Assembly: GCA_017610205.1 (NCBI GenBank)
Contig: JAFCCL010000009.1
Span: 1-64,000, forward strand
Origin: Candidatus Iainarchaeum sp.
Lineage (GTDB): Archaea > Iainarchaeota > Iainarchaeia > Iainarchaeales > GCA-2688035
Length of the DNA stretch: 64,000 nt
Reading direction: 5' to 3'
Under the pieces are notes generated by a model. The model did not search any database. It was not told the DNA's origin and saw nothing but the letters and a program-made list of their open reading frames with translations. The translations under genes and the position numbers were made by a program. This document shows, in pieces, positions 9,901 through 19,221 of this stretch. The first letter of the stretch is position 1. Each line of letters opens with the position of its first letter.

Positions 9901-11806
9901 GTCAAAAAATCTTTACAGGCTTGTAAAAAAGCAGATAAAGGTAAAAAGCCAGCCAATCGGAGTTGCAGATGACAAGGCAGTTGAAACAATATTCTACTTA
10001 AAGGCAGACAATGAAATTCTTGAAACTGAAAACAAGAAAAGCATAACAGACAAGCTCAAGAACCTTAAGAGCATGACCAAAGACGTAACTGAAAATAACA
10101 TGTATTCCATTGCAACACAAACTGTTAAGACACTAAATGCCATTTCATCGGAAGACAGGAAAAGGACTGTTGCAGTTGTAAGCAAAAGCTTTGCAGAAGA
10201 TTCAGAAAATGAGGATGTTGCTGAATTTGTTGGAGTAAGCAAGCCCGCAACCGGAGAAGGAGCAGTGTTTGACAAATATGTTTTTACACTTGACGAATAC
10301 AAAGCGTTTAATGAAAAGCTGGTTGACGCGCTTGGAACTCAGGGCAAATGCTCTAAGTACAATGAAGATGGAGTGTTAGAGGAAATTGATGTTACAGACG
10401 ACGATGACAAAAAGCTTGCTGTTATGTGTGAAATTACAGGCGGTGAACAGTCAGGTGGCGGGGCAAAAGAGGAATTTGTAAGCAACATTTTCCTTCAAAA
10501 CCTGTCCAATGCAATTAAGGCAGGTGGATTTATTGTAGGAGCAGTTTCAGAAGAAGGAAATGAAAATGACGGCGTTAAATATATAGTTAGCAATGCAAAA
10601 GATGCAAGCGGCTTGAAAAAGGTTGGGGGCAACAGTGACTTTAAAGCCTTTTACAATAAGGATGTTGACTTTGTTTCATTCCTTATAAAAGACGGTTACA
10701 ACAGCAGTTTGAGAACAGACTTTACTGCATTTTATACAAACGAGTCATTTGGAGAAACATCTGTGTCAAAGGCAACTTTGGAGGAAACAAAATACGGAAC
10801 AGGAAACTGGAAATTTGGAAACATAGGGCAGGAAAGTAAGGAATCATATTCTTTGGGAACATCAGGCCAGTACAGGATTTTGCTTGGTTTAAACTTTGCT
10901 GATGAGGACAACCTTGAATGGAATATTGGTTTTGAAAGAGAAAAAGTTCTTAAAGAAATTAAACCAGAATTTGAAAACAATTACATGTTAAGCATGCCGT
11001 TTGACGGAGAAATAGGGCTTGCTGCAGGCAGCGGAAGGGACGGATACGGTGTTCTTTTAACAGGCAACAAAAGCATACTGCTTGAGTATGATAATGATAA
11101 CACAGCAAAAAAAGCAACAGAGATTACAAAGCCAGCAACGGAAAACACAGGCAGTGCATTTGAACAATACAGTTTGCAAACTTCCAACGCACTTTCAGTA
11201 ACAAATACAGGGGTTGTGTTTAAGGTTATTGGAAGCACAATAACAAGCAATCCTTCAAAGCCTGCAAGAGTAAATCTGGAGCTTAACAAAAGAAGCGGTG
11301 CAGGAAACGAAGGACTGGTATACAATTTGGTTGAAGGCGGTTTTGGTACAGGATTAATTGGAGACCTTAACCCATGGTTTGTATGGCAGGAAGGCGAAAA
11401 AACCTTTTCAGACCAGGTTCTTTCAAGACCAATTTCACAAACACTTTGCCGCGAAATTGGCACAGCCGGCTACCACGGGTTTGTACAGGAAATCGGAACA
11501 AAAACAAATTTTAAAGGCCTTGTAATTCTTCCGTTTGAAAAAGAATATGTACTGCAACTTATCTGCAATCAGGGAAGCATTGGAAGTGCAACTGCACTAA
11601 ATACTATTTCTGCAAATGCAGGGTGGAGAGCAGGCACAAGCAACCAGCTTACCCTTAACACAAACACCGACACTTACAGCAGCAGCCTTGAGTACTTTGT
11701 TGAAAGCATTGACAATGGAAAGATGTGTTTTACACCAGGGCAGAATGGAATTACCCTGAATTGGAACAAGGAATACCTGCTTTCAAATGTTGGCACAAAC
11801 CAGTGA
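3932..11806 (+). CDS. Giant membrane-anchored surface protein 1 (carboxypeptidase-regulatory-like/Ig-like repeats, Gly/Tyr-rich inserts, conserved C-terminal domain)
   Basis: N-terminal TM helix (PSFPIAVLALVLIIAGIAIGI) and repeated V.V.D..G.P(I/V)..A.V...T..dG units; paralog of the next two ORFs; ATG 3932 preferred over TTG 3926. Confidence 0.85.
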   Translation: MALGDFYKGIEDKYYNFVDWLDGKGLNFYPVIDKIEEHNIPSFPIAVLALVLIIAGIAIGISMLVIPQTGITFAVLDEDGIAVEGAQILVTTNSGIELGGVTGVDGRVTIVIPAGSAEAEISKEGYANEIVSLEVLGMTEEEVLLKSETTVLSKTIQLMKSGTSQLLDEDISVRFTCSDPEASGFDEIKVSSGGTIALDVPGNCGSLIATPLTGYSAPNGVISLQETAPQLFLQAVESNTGTVNVFVETEEGEALAGITVIVYSQDGIQKGTSYTSAAGTAVFESIPTGSYYVIVHDSQGHYAGYDSSTEGVLGIKELVKDGSVSFNAELSEATVGTIKAIVKDSSTSLPIENAAVYLKKNNATVDTAYTDSEGVVEFNVGENVEYCLEVDSGVYLIAIVNNVRASQSFNEIYLEAATAGNTQVLKVEVVDNRQKPIDGVRLVLKKADGTIYANNVVTGADGVGEFTNLPLETYYVYVVKKGFEGRDSDPITLRSRQENKITVVLPIGFGNLEVLVLNDELQPVQGAVIEAINVVDEEKEQEAITDLDGKAIFNFRADKKVFFKVDAEEFLPYYSIAVMPDADSTVTTEILLAKDPGQVEVKLVGMYLDGEVAPKELAPGQKYTARLLLLLPKNSYFDEAGLHLRVGNANEGKTNIMEEDSVYIRNVIASTAGILRGTSFTPPSGYAIDSTHLTTGDSKWASLGWSNAGQGAYAVEAEIQVKDSAQLGQLLYINYRGFGKKDTYTRFPADSALGGAESTASKQALYANTEQEVYTAGPSSLCGTSFCKTFGVEDIVRNLKVDVIDQYNGTIGTVYRLHFTITSIAEQAFTNSTIEFGSQGDGLRFEDYAITDATGKRSEGSVEGYLLSKEIGTMSKGSSVFGFVDFRTEKEGSNPFTIVIKSNSQPVLSEGIDISVEAAEQLQLDVLPKEIIPMIDNQILVRVSDESDEPVSNAIVTATIDDAIVVSTESNGLGVIEFKLEMPVSGSVLVITAEKTGYKGAELEEKIDSSILTVTPPEINEKLDVLLTEVEKQIWFNNQTVTDLVISKLTFSSDFEGLVSFEWDEDYIGEGINADTDMNVFLLIGLTEQGTLVETPVKLEGSLSIYLLSAELQETFVENLPIEIRIGLGGEADSDDCIEIVPVKWDITTSADGAITEEFSIKNNCTVENQEIALSKLEAKVINGSSDSLGQFKISSDDLEISSIVIGEEYTSLADLLPVGFEGELQIEFVPTSTIESGTAKPKIEFKAVHPIVEGEEKISVKLPVEISVSNLEKCIEVIADEPIEVETTPMNTGFGQYGNYGGSYNPGYQGGYGGYGGYSSIPGVGGGYSNSGYGGMTGGYGGSSYGRSSGYYGGSAYPYSNFSSPYYTNYYDTDHDNSWKYGLGENSFIVKNNCSEAVEIDIDVPAQIRVDEENFEILPNSDTRVRVESGYRMGKYEVDIMAKRKGSLDKALKIESLDVIVRRAGEMDEECLQLSTNKIKLNNFIGKPVKTEIYNYCYDVGVRLPSGGNIIDFTCKVAGQPQNTYRFEGKEETTAYFQYQQYGYNDPFAQPSSYINQPPGNYGGETFLPTGPYGPSYGNAISSSQGYNYPYGSSPYGSNNWAQNQVGGYTGRCELIDSVYVTDEHTSGMDDGKTIQTVEFEIKPALNYRKMLCEFQGQMPFQSIFGLRVMLSQAYYRVYVDASANVKYYNPFGSATNKYFHVTLEDMWGIGDTLDECMRNAGIAGISAQRLQKCREAGSTAPIISVVNTAGLDFSRKGYQKGFVPQGLFNANDVYEYTADPDVLNIPPASGKASIVEIIPREIVHESGVRISFETVKTECPAPYPGGNWTIKMNIDRSGMDESIGCAIINNQIAIKVSRPMFWESPKETILPVRVNVLNRNESIDSVDPTTCSTPGSITPTSVRCAAGGVSGKGTNEKYGFDRLPFDWIWNGIDIQQCDEKTNGGKESFCDGVQFSIELNKKAEKVKEFVTENKAIIDDYAEFTGVAKESKNLYRLVKKQIKVKSQPIGVADDKAVETIFYLKADNEILETENKKSITDKLKNLKSMTKDVTENNMYSIATQTVKTLNAISSEDRKRTVAVVSKSFAEDSENEDVAEFVGVSKPATGEGAVFDKYVFTLDEYKAFNEKLVDALGTQGKCSKYNEDGVLEEIDVTDDDDKKLAVMCEITGGEQSGGGAKEEFVSNIFLQNLSNAIKAGGFIVGAVSEEGNENDGVKYIVSNAKDASGLKKVGGNSDFKAFYNKDVDFVSFLIKDGYNSSLRTDFTAFYTNESFGETSVSKATLEETKYGTGNWKFGNIGQESKESYSLGTSGQYRILLGLNFADEDNLEWNIGFEREKVLKEIKPEFENNYMLSMPFDGEIGLAAGSGRDGYGVLLTGNKSILLEYDNDNTAKKATEITKPATENTGSAFEQYSLQTSNALSVTNTGVVFKVIGSTITSNPSKPARVNLELNKRSGAGNEGLVYNLVEGGFGTGLIGDLNPWFVWQEGEKTFSDQVLSRPISQTLCREIGTAGYHGFVQEIGTKTNFKGLVILPFEKEYVLQLICNQGSIGSATALNTISANAGWRAGTSNQLTLNTNTDTYSSSLEYFVESIDNGKMCFTPGQNGITLNWNKEYLLSNVGTNQ

Positions 11807-11945
11807 AAAAAAAATTCACTAAAACTTTTTTAAACAGTAAAAGGTGGCTAAATAGTAGCATATTTAGCAAAGCAAAGTAATTTATATATAGAAAAGAAAT
11901 ATTCTAATAGCCTAAAAAAGTTTAAAGGCTTAAGCAGCAAACAGC

Positions 11946-12055
11946 AGGGGAAAAGCAAAACAGGCATTGAAAAAATTAGCAAAAGTTTGAAGGATTAAAT
12001 ATCAAGGGGAAAAGCAAAATGGGCATTGAAAAAATTAGCAAAAATTTGAAGGATT
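11946..12055 (+). repeat. 59-bp-period direct duplication of the RBS and first codons of giant gene 2
   Basis: AGGGGAAAAGCAAAACAGGCATTGAAAAAATTAGC at 11946 versus AGGGGAAAAGCAAAATGGGCATTGAAAAAATTAGC at 12005. Confidence 0.9.
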
Positions 12056-15000
12056 TCTATTTTGGCATAGAAGACAAATGGTATGGCTTAATTGACAAAA
12101 TCGATACAAAGATTCCTGTCCACGGGCTTGTTGACAGAATTGACAATGTTGTTCCAAGCTTTGCACTTTTTCTTGTAATAATTGCCCTAATTGTTCTTGC
12201 AATTGCCCTGCCTTTTTTAACTGCACCCACAGTGTTGTTTTCATTCAAGGTTACTGATGTAGATGATTCACCAATTGAAAATGCAAGCGTGCAGGTGTTT
12301 TTAGATGGTGCTGAAATTTTCGCAGGAACAACAAATGAAAACGGTGAAAGTGCAAATGCAAGAATTGAACCTGGTGAAACAATAAATGTTTCTGTTTCAA
12401 AAGACGGCTTTGTTGAATTTGAGGAAGAAATTGAGGCAAATGAATCAACATACCTTTACAGCATTATACTAAGGACACTTGAGGCAAACACTTATAATAT
12501 TTTATTAAAAGACGGATTTGGCCAGCCAATAAGAGAAGAACTTAGTCTTTCATTTACCTGCAGAAATACCAACGCAAGCCCGCCTGCAAGTATTATAACT
12601 TCAACAGGAACTGCAACAGTTGTAGAGCCAGCAAACTGCAACGGACTAATTGTAAGCGTTCAGGGGGAAGGATTTGATTTCAAAAGCTCGATTGAATTAG
12701 TGCAAACCGAACAGACAATTTACCTAATGGAAACTGTTGAAGAGCTGGCAAATGTAACCATTGAATTATACTACAACAATTCATTAATCAGCGAAAATGT
12801 TACTGTTTACCTTTATAAAGACAACGGAACTGTTTCAGGCATTGGGCCTGTTGAAACAGAAATAAGCCAAAATGGAATTGCGTTTTTTGAAAGACCTGCT
12901 GGAGAGTATTTTGCAAAAACATCGGGTTATGGAAGCTTTGCTGTAGCCGAATCTTCTGTTTTTACAGTGGTTGAAAATGAACTTACAACAATAAGAATTG
13001 ATTTGGAAGAAAGTGTTGTAGGCAGCATTAAAGTATTAATTGTTGACGGAGTAACAGGCGGCGAAGTTGAAGGTGCAAGAGTTGCCTTAATGCGCCAAGG
13101 AGAAGAAATTGACACAAAAACCTCAAGCGATTCACCGCTTGAATTTCCTGTTGCACAGGATACAACTTATACTGTTATTGTTGACCACAAAGCATATTGC
13201 TTAAAGTCAGTGCACAATATAACAATCAGCGAATCAGTGCAGGAAATAGAACTTACTCCGGTAAATGAGGAATGCGGAGGAACTTTGGAAACCAGAGTGC
13301 TTGACCAGTCAGGAAATCCGGTAATAAATGCAACAGTTGGCCTCTATAATTCAGACGGGTTTAGTGTCGGATTTGGAACCAGAATAACAGATATTAATGG
13401 AGTGGTTGAATTTTCAAGGGTTCCAAGCGGAGACTATAAAGCATTTGCATTTAAGGAAAACAGCAGTGGGTGGAGCGACTCAGAGCACTTTGTGCAAAGG
13501 GCTGCTGAAAGCACTGTTCTTACAGTAGTGCTTATTGCAGGGGATGGAACAATAAGAGTAAAGGTTTCTGACAAGGAAGGAATGCCAGTGCAGTTTGCAC
13601 AGGTTGCATTTGTTGACGCATTGACCAACATTCCAATCGGTGGAGGTTCAATGCCTGTTCAGGATGTTAATGGAACTGTAGAGCTTACCACAAGAGCTGA
13701 TAAAAAGATTTATATTATTGCAAGCAAGGACGGTTTTGCAAATTTTACTTCAACAATTGTTCCGGTTGTTGCAGACAGTGTCCAGTTTATTGATGCAATT
13801 CTTGAAAAAGAAATTTTGCAGGGAGAGGTTGAAATTGAATTTAAGGGAATGTACAGGGACAATAAGCGTGCAAAAAATATCGGACCAGGAGAAGATTATG
13901 AAGCCTTGTTTGAGTTAAGAATTCCAGCCAACAAAAATTATGATTCAATCGGAATGCATGTAAGAACAGGCGACAAGGAAACAATGGAGCTTGACAAAAT
14001 TGTATTAAAAAGCATTAATGCTTCGGGAAATGTTGAAATAATAAAGGCAACTTCCTACGGAAAAAATAATGGTTATGCAATTGATTCAGAGCATATTTCA
14101 AGCGGGAATGCAAAATGGGCAAATCTCAAATGGAGTGCGCCATCAACAGGAATTGTTCAGGTAAAAGCAGGCATTAGAGTAAAGGAAACTGCAAATTTGG
14201 GAGACCAGTTAAACCTTTTCTACAGGGCATTTGGAGAAGAAAATGGAAATTATAAACGCGACCCTGTTGACCTTGAATTGGGAGAAGCAGAATCAGTAGC
14301 AGGAAAAGCAGGGCTTTATGCATCAGCAAAGCAGGAAATTTTCCAGCTTGATATTGAAACAATCTGCGACGAAAGCTTTTGCTTTAGCGCAAGCATTTTA
14401 GATGAAGAAGATGGATTGGCATACAATGCCAATGAAAGCTTTTCAGGAAAAGTATTCAGACCATACAAATTTACGTTTTCAGTATTAAACAATTCAGAGT
14501 TTGAAGAAAATTCTTACATGGATTCGGAAATAAAGATTTCAAACGAGGACAATGCACTTTTGCTTCAGGAGTACACAATTTACGGGGCGCAAAATCAGAA
14601 AACTCAGGCAGTTGTTCAGGGAAAAACTACAGAGTGGATTGAAACAGGAGACTTTTTGCCAAACAACAGCATTTCAGGAACAATTGATTTTACTCCGCAA
14701 AAAAGCGAAATTGGCCTTCTAACAATAGAGGCAAGGAGCGGGCAAAGAATAAGGTTTACTAAAACAATTGCTGTGAGCATTGCTTCAGACAATGAAATGA
14801 ATGTTGTTGTTGTGCCTGAAATACTTCCAAGCGGAATTGAAAACACAATTACCATTACTGTAAAAGACAGTGTAACAGGAGCTGAAATTAACGGAGCGCT
14901 GGCAAAGGCAAAGGACAGGTTTGGAACAGTTGTTGATGAAAAAACCACAAACAGCAGGGGTGTTGCAATACTTAGCCTGCCTTCACTGCAGCCGGGAGAA

Positions 15001-18000
15001 AAAATAAGTCTTATTGTCGGAAAGCCTGATTATGCAAGCTTTGAAAAAATGCTTGACGTAAATCCGGATGTAGTAAAGGTTGCTCCTTCAACAATAGGGG
15101 TTGCATTGAATGCAAAAACAATTACTGAAACTCAGGACGATTTTACCCTTGAAAATATTACTTCCTTTGGCCTTGCAATAAAGGAAATGAGACTCAATGG
15201 CCAGCTTTATGGTTTAATTGATGAAGAAAGGGTAAAAAACTGGCTTTTTACTTATGATGGAGAAACAATTGGCCCAGGAAATGTTAAGGAACTTCAGCTT
15301 GCAACATTCCTATCAGAAAAAGGAAAAAAGCTTGAGAAAGCAAAGCAATTGCAGGCAGAGCTTGAAATTACTACAGAAGCACTTGGAAATGAATGGACAA
15401 TAATTGTTCCTGTAAAAATAAGCATTGGACTTGGAGGAGAAGTAGATGACCCTAATTGTTTTGTAATTACAAAAAAGGAGTGGAAGGCAAGTACTGAAGG
15501 AAATCCAATAGAAATAGAATTTGAAGTGCAAAACAACTGCAGTATTGGAGGCGCTGCTGTTTCATTGAGAAATATTTCAGCCCGGGCTAATTGGGAATCA
15601 AACCAAACAGGAACGTTTTCAATCAGGACTCCGGACAATTCAATGGAGTTAAGGTCAGGATATAGCAAAACGTTTTCAGGATTGCTTGGACCAGAGGAAA
15701 AGATTCCTTTGGTGTTAGAATTTTCACCAAACGGAGGAGTAAACGGCAAAGGAATTGCAGCAATTATATTTAAGGCAGAAAATCCAACAGAGCACGGTGC
15801 ACAAGAGCTTTCAAACGAGCTTATGGCAGAAATTGTTGTTGTAAATTTGATTGACTGCATTTCGTTTGACAAAGAAATTCTCAGAATAAAACCAGAGGAA
15901 ACCGATTCCTTTTCTGTTGAAACAAATGGCTGTGGAGTATTAAACGACATAAGGCTTGAATCAGAAATTGCTGTAAGCAATGAAAACTTTACTTTGGGAG
16001 AAACAGACTCAAGGGAAATTGAGGTTCTTGCCGAGAAAAACATTCCGGGACAGTATCCAATAAAGGTTTATGCAAAAGACTCAGACCAGGTTAGGGAAAA
16101 GCTAATCAAAACAATCAGGGTAAGAATTCTTGCATCAGGCTGCATTGAACTTTCAAGGTATGAATTTGACGTATTTGACAATCCAAACGACCAATATGAC
16201 GGATATGACACAGTGGAAGTAATAAACCACTGTTATAACAAGCCTGTTACTGCAAAGGTAAAGTTTGACGAAAAGGATTTAATGGGTGCCATAGAAGATG
16301 GTTTAATTTATGGCCTGATTACAGGAGTAATCGGAGGTTTTATGTCATCTGACGACGTAAGCCCTGTGACAGGAAAACCAATTACACAAAAAACAATTGA
16401 AACTGTAGGGGAAGCTGTTAAAACAGGAACTCCGCAAAGTGTAGGCATTAGCAGCATACAGATGGCACAACAGGCTGCAAGAACTTATGGCAGTCCAACT
16501 TCTTCAAACATTAGAGAGGAATATTTTATTCTTTATTATCCTGACAAGACAGTTACCGGAGAAAAAAGCGCTAGTGGACACTGGACAATAAATGCTACCT
16601 CAAACCGGTCGCAACTACCGACAGGTGAACTGCCAGCACCTAGGCCAGCTCCTGCACCTACTGGAACTTTTGCATTAGGTTCAGGCCCAACAGGCTTCAC
16701 TCCACTTTTTGGCGGTGGAGAAGGCTTTCTTGGAGGTATTGGGAAAAGTGTTTTGGGACCGCCTTCTTTCCTTGGATGGGGAACGCAGGGTCTTGTTATA
16801 GGAAGTGCGATTGCTTATATGAATCAGGATAAAGGCGAATTTGATTTTACAACAATTCAGGATGATTTGGTTTACAAGCAAACTAATCTTTTAATGCCAG
16901 GCGCTACACTTGAAGAGGATAGTTTGGTGGAAGTTCCTTCAGAGGACATAATTGTAAGAGACCTTGATGAAACAAGCACTGAGCCAAGGCATGATAATCC
17001 GCAGTTAAGCACGGAAAAAAGAATGCTTGGATTCCTGAATGTTGGAGGAGTGGTGCAGGAAGACCCAGCAACACCGTTGTACAGAATTCTTAAAATTGAA
17101 GGGGAAAGGCTTGGTTATGAAACAGAGTACGAGCTTGACGAAGAGGAGTATCCTGAACTTGAAGTAACTGAGAGAAATAAGCATGTTGAAAGGTTTAGAC
17201 TGCAGTTTAATTCATTTGACCCAATGGAAGAAAAGCAGGATTTAAAGCCTATTGCAAACTGCCAGTTGGGAAATGTTTCAGGTGTAACAGGACCTGATGC
17301 TGTTCCAAAAGTTAAATTTGACTGGAGCTGGGCTGCAATAAGTGAAGACAACTGTGATGAAGGAAATGAGGATTATATTTATTGTGATGCAACCCAGTTT
17401 AGCATTGAAATTTTGAAAAAAGTGCAGGAATTAAGGGAATTTGTTGAATTCAACAGGCCGTTTGATTGCCCTACCAGTGCAAGTGCTGTTGCAATAACGG
17501 AACAGGAGCTTATTGAAACAGGAGGCGATGTTGGAATTACAAGGATTCAGGCAAACAGAGTTGGGACAAGCGATGTAAACATTGTTGTAATGTCTGAAAG
17601 CAATAATGGCAAGATAATGGATGCAGAATTAATGGTTTATTTAAAGCAGGGAGGCAGCCTTGTAAAAAGCTGTACAAGGCAGTTCAGTATAGTAAGCAAA
17701 ACAATTGAATCATGCAATCTTGAAGGAGTTGCAGCTGGAGAATACACAATTGAAGCAGAGCTTGTTCCGGCACTTTGTGAGGACTGTGAAAACAATAATG
17801 CCGGAAATGATTTAATTGAAGCAGATTTTTTCCTTGGAGAAACAGGTGTTGCAGAATGTGAACCATATAATACAAAGAGGCTTGTAAACTTCCTTATTGC
17901 AGGAAATTATTCAGCAAGCCAGATTGAGGAAATTCAGAAGCTAATAAATTTTAATGCTAACCTTATTGAAGATGCTTACACAAATGATTTCAGGGCAGAT

Positions 18001-19173
18001 TTTGACGAATTCTGCAAAACCAAAAGCTTCTTTGACTGTCCTGAGTATTATACAGGCGAAGAAGGTTTGCAGCGCTTCTTTTCAGATTCTGAAAGGTTTG
18101 AATTTGACTATTCAATGGCACCACATGCAGCATTGGATGCAGGAAAGTATGCTGTAACAATAAATATAGAGTATGACAATGACAACTGGCAGCTCTTTGT
18201 TAACGGGCAGCCTGATGCAAAGATTGTAATTGAATTGACTGAGTTAAGCACTCCTGAACCAAACAGCCCGTTCTATTATCTGCCGTTTGACGGACTGGTG
18301 GGAATTGATTCAGAAAACGGAAGGCAGGGATATGGAGTAAATTTTAGGCAAACTTCAGAGGAAACAATAAAGATAAACAATTCTGCTTACCAGCCTGTTT
18401 TCACTACAAATATCGCAAACACTACGCCAATATTTAATGGATGGATTGATGCAGGATTTAGCAACAGCTTTGATATATTAAACATAGAAAACAGGGGAAT
18501 TCTTTTGGATGTTCAGGCAAAATCAGAGGCAACCTCAATTGTGCTTTCACCAAGCTATGCTACTCCAGTAATGATGGAGGTGGATTACAGTACAGGAAAT
18601 GATGCTTATGGATTTTACTCAATTGAAATTGACAACAGTCCACATACTGCTTCAACAAGAATGATTCCTTGGTCAGGTGTTGGAACAATATGCCGTGATT
18701 TTGAGGACAATCCGGTTACAGAAGCTTGGCAGGAAACATGGGATATTCATGGTGGAATTTCAGGCAATATTGAATGTGCAATTGGCACAGATATAACAGA
18801 TTATGGGGTTGAATGGTGCAATCCAATTAGGGTTGGAAAGACTTTCCTTCAAAGTGTTGTGTTTACGCCACAGGACAAAACCAGCCTTATGAAAAGGACA
18901 ATTTATTCAGATGGCATGACTTTGTACAATTCAGGCGAAAGCGGAAACCAGATTTCACTAAATGGTGTTCCTGGAATGGAAAACAACAGCTTTGGAACAA
19001 ACACAATTGACAGTTTGCAGGATATTTTTGACCTTGTTGAGGAAAATAAGGTTTGCCTTGTTGGACAGGGAAGCAGGATAAGCAATAAGTTTTTCTGGAA
19101 TCCGAAAGAGGTCCTTGAAGAAATTTCAACGCAGAGGGATATGGCGGATACGGAATGTATTACCTTAAATTAA
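12019..19173 (+). CDS. Giant membrane-anchored surface protein 2 (same scaffold; insert with two glycine-rich hydrophobic segments)
   Basis: Shared N-terminus (FY.GIEDKWY..IDKID...PSFALF), beta-sandwich repeats, and shared C-terminal motifs YCDATQFSI, PFDG.VG, GR.GYGV, WNPK. Confidence 0.85.
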   Translation: MGIEKISKNLKDFYFGIEDKWYGLIDKIDTKIPVHGLVDRIDNVVPSFALFLVIIALIVLAIALPFLTAPTVLFSFKVTDVDDSPIENASVQVFLDGAEIFAGTTNENGESANARIEPGETINVSVSKDGFVEFEEEIEANESTYLYSIILRTLEANTYNILLKDGFGQPIREELSLSFTCRNTNASPPASIITSTGTATVVEPANCNGLIVSVQGEGFDFKSSIELVQTEQTIYLMETVEELANVTIELYYNNSLISENVTVYLYKDNGTVSGIGPVETEISQNGIAFFERPAGEYFAKTSGYGSFAVAESSVFTVVENELTTIRIDLEESVVGSIKVLIVDGVTGGEVEGARVALMRQGEEIDTKTSSDSPLEFPVAQDTTYTVIVDHKAYCLKSVHNITISESVQEIELTPVNEECGGTLETRVLDQSGNPVINATVGLYNSDGFSVGFGTRITDINGVVEFSRVPSGDYKAFAFKENSSGWSDSEHFVQRAAESTVLTVVLIAGDGTIRVKVSDKEGMPVQFAQVAFVDALTNIPIGGGSMPVQDVNGTVELTTRADKKIYIIASKDGFANFTSTIVPVVADSVQFIDAILEKEILQGEVEIEFKGMYRDNKRAKNIGPGEDYEALFELRIPANKNYDSIGMHVRTGDKETMELDKIVLKSINASGNVEIIKATSYGKNNGYAIDSEHISSGNAKWANLKWSAPSTGIVQVKAGIRVKETANLGDQLNLFYRAFGEENGNYKRDPVDLELGEAESVAGKAGLYASAKQEIFQLDIETICDESFCFSASILDEEDGLAYNANESFSGKVFRPYKFTFSVLNNSEFEENSYMDSEIKISNEDNALLLQEYTIYGAQNQKTQAVVQGKTTEWIETGDFLPNNSISGTIDFTPQKSEIGLLTIEARSGQRIRFTKTIAVSIASDNEMNVVVVPEILPSGIENTITITVKDSVTGAEINGALAKAKDRFGTVVDEKTTNSRGVAILSLPSLQPGEKISLIVGKPDYASFEKMLDVNPDVVKVAPSTIGVALNAKTITETQDDFTLENITSFGLAIKEMRLNGQLYGLIDEERVKNWLFTYDGETIGPGNVKELQLATFLSEKGKKLEKAKQLQAELEITTEALGNEWTIIVPVKISIGLGGEVDDPNCFVITKKEWKASTEGNPIEIEFEVQNNCSIGGAAVSLRNISARANWESNQTGTFSIRTPDNSMELRSGYSKTFSGLLGPEEKIPLVLEFSPNGGVNGKGIAAIIFKAENPTEHGAQELSNELMAEIVVVNLIDCISFDKEILRIKPEETDSFSVETNGCGVLNDIRLESEIAVSNENFTLGETDSREIEVLAEKNIPGQYPIKVYAKDSDQVREKLIKTIRVRILASGCIELSRYEFDVFDNPNDQYDGYDTVEVINHCYNKPVTAKVKFDEKDLMGAIEDGLIYGLITGVIGGFMSSDDVSPVTGKPITQKTIETVGEAVKTGTPQSVGISSIQMAQQAARTYGSPTSSNIREEYFILYYPDKTVTGEKSASGHWTINATSNRSQLPTGELPAPRPAPAPTGTFALGSGPTGFTPLFGGGEGFLGGIGKSVLGPPSFLGWGTQGLVIGSAIAYMNQDKGEFDFTTIQDDLVYKQTNLLMPGATLEEDSLVEVPSEDIIVRDLDETSTEPRHDNPQLSTEKRMLGFLNVGGVVQEDPATPLYRILKIEGERLGYETEYELDEEEYPELEVTERNKHVERFRLQFNSFDPMEEKQDLKPIANCQLGNVSGVTGPDAVPKVKFDWSWAAISEDNCDEGNEDYIYCDATQFSIEILKKVQELREFVEFNRPFDCPTSASAVAITEQELIETGGDVGITRIQANRVGTSDVNIVVMSESNNGKIMDAELMVYLKQGGSLVKSCTRQFSIVSKTIESCNLEGVAAGEYTIEAELVPALCEDCENNNAGNDLIEADFFLGETGVAECEPYNTKRLVNFLIAGNYSASQIEEIQKLINFNANLIEDAYTNDFRADFDEFCKTKSFFDCPEYYTGEEGLQRFFSDSERFEFDYSMAPHAALDAGKYAVTINIEYDNDNWQLFVNGQPDAKIVIELTELSTPEPNSPFYYLPFDGLVGIDSENGRQGYGVNFRQTSEETIKINNSAYQPVFTTNIANTTPIFNGWIDAGFSNSFDILNIENRGILLDVQAKSEATSIVLSPSYATPVMMEVDYSTGNDAYGFYSIEIDNSPHTASTRMIPWSGVGTICRDFEDNPVTEAWQETWDIHGGISGNIECAIGTDITDYGVEWCNPIRVGKTFLQSVVFTPQDKTSLMKRTIYSDGMTLYNSGESGNQISLNGVPGMENNSFGTNTIDSLQDIFDLVEENKVCLVGQGSRISNKFFWNPKEVLEEISTQRDMADTECITLN

Positions 19174-19221
19174 ATAATTTTTTTACAAGTGATTTGAAAG
19201 AATTATTAATTTTTTTTTACA

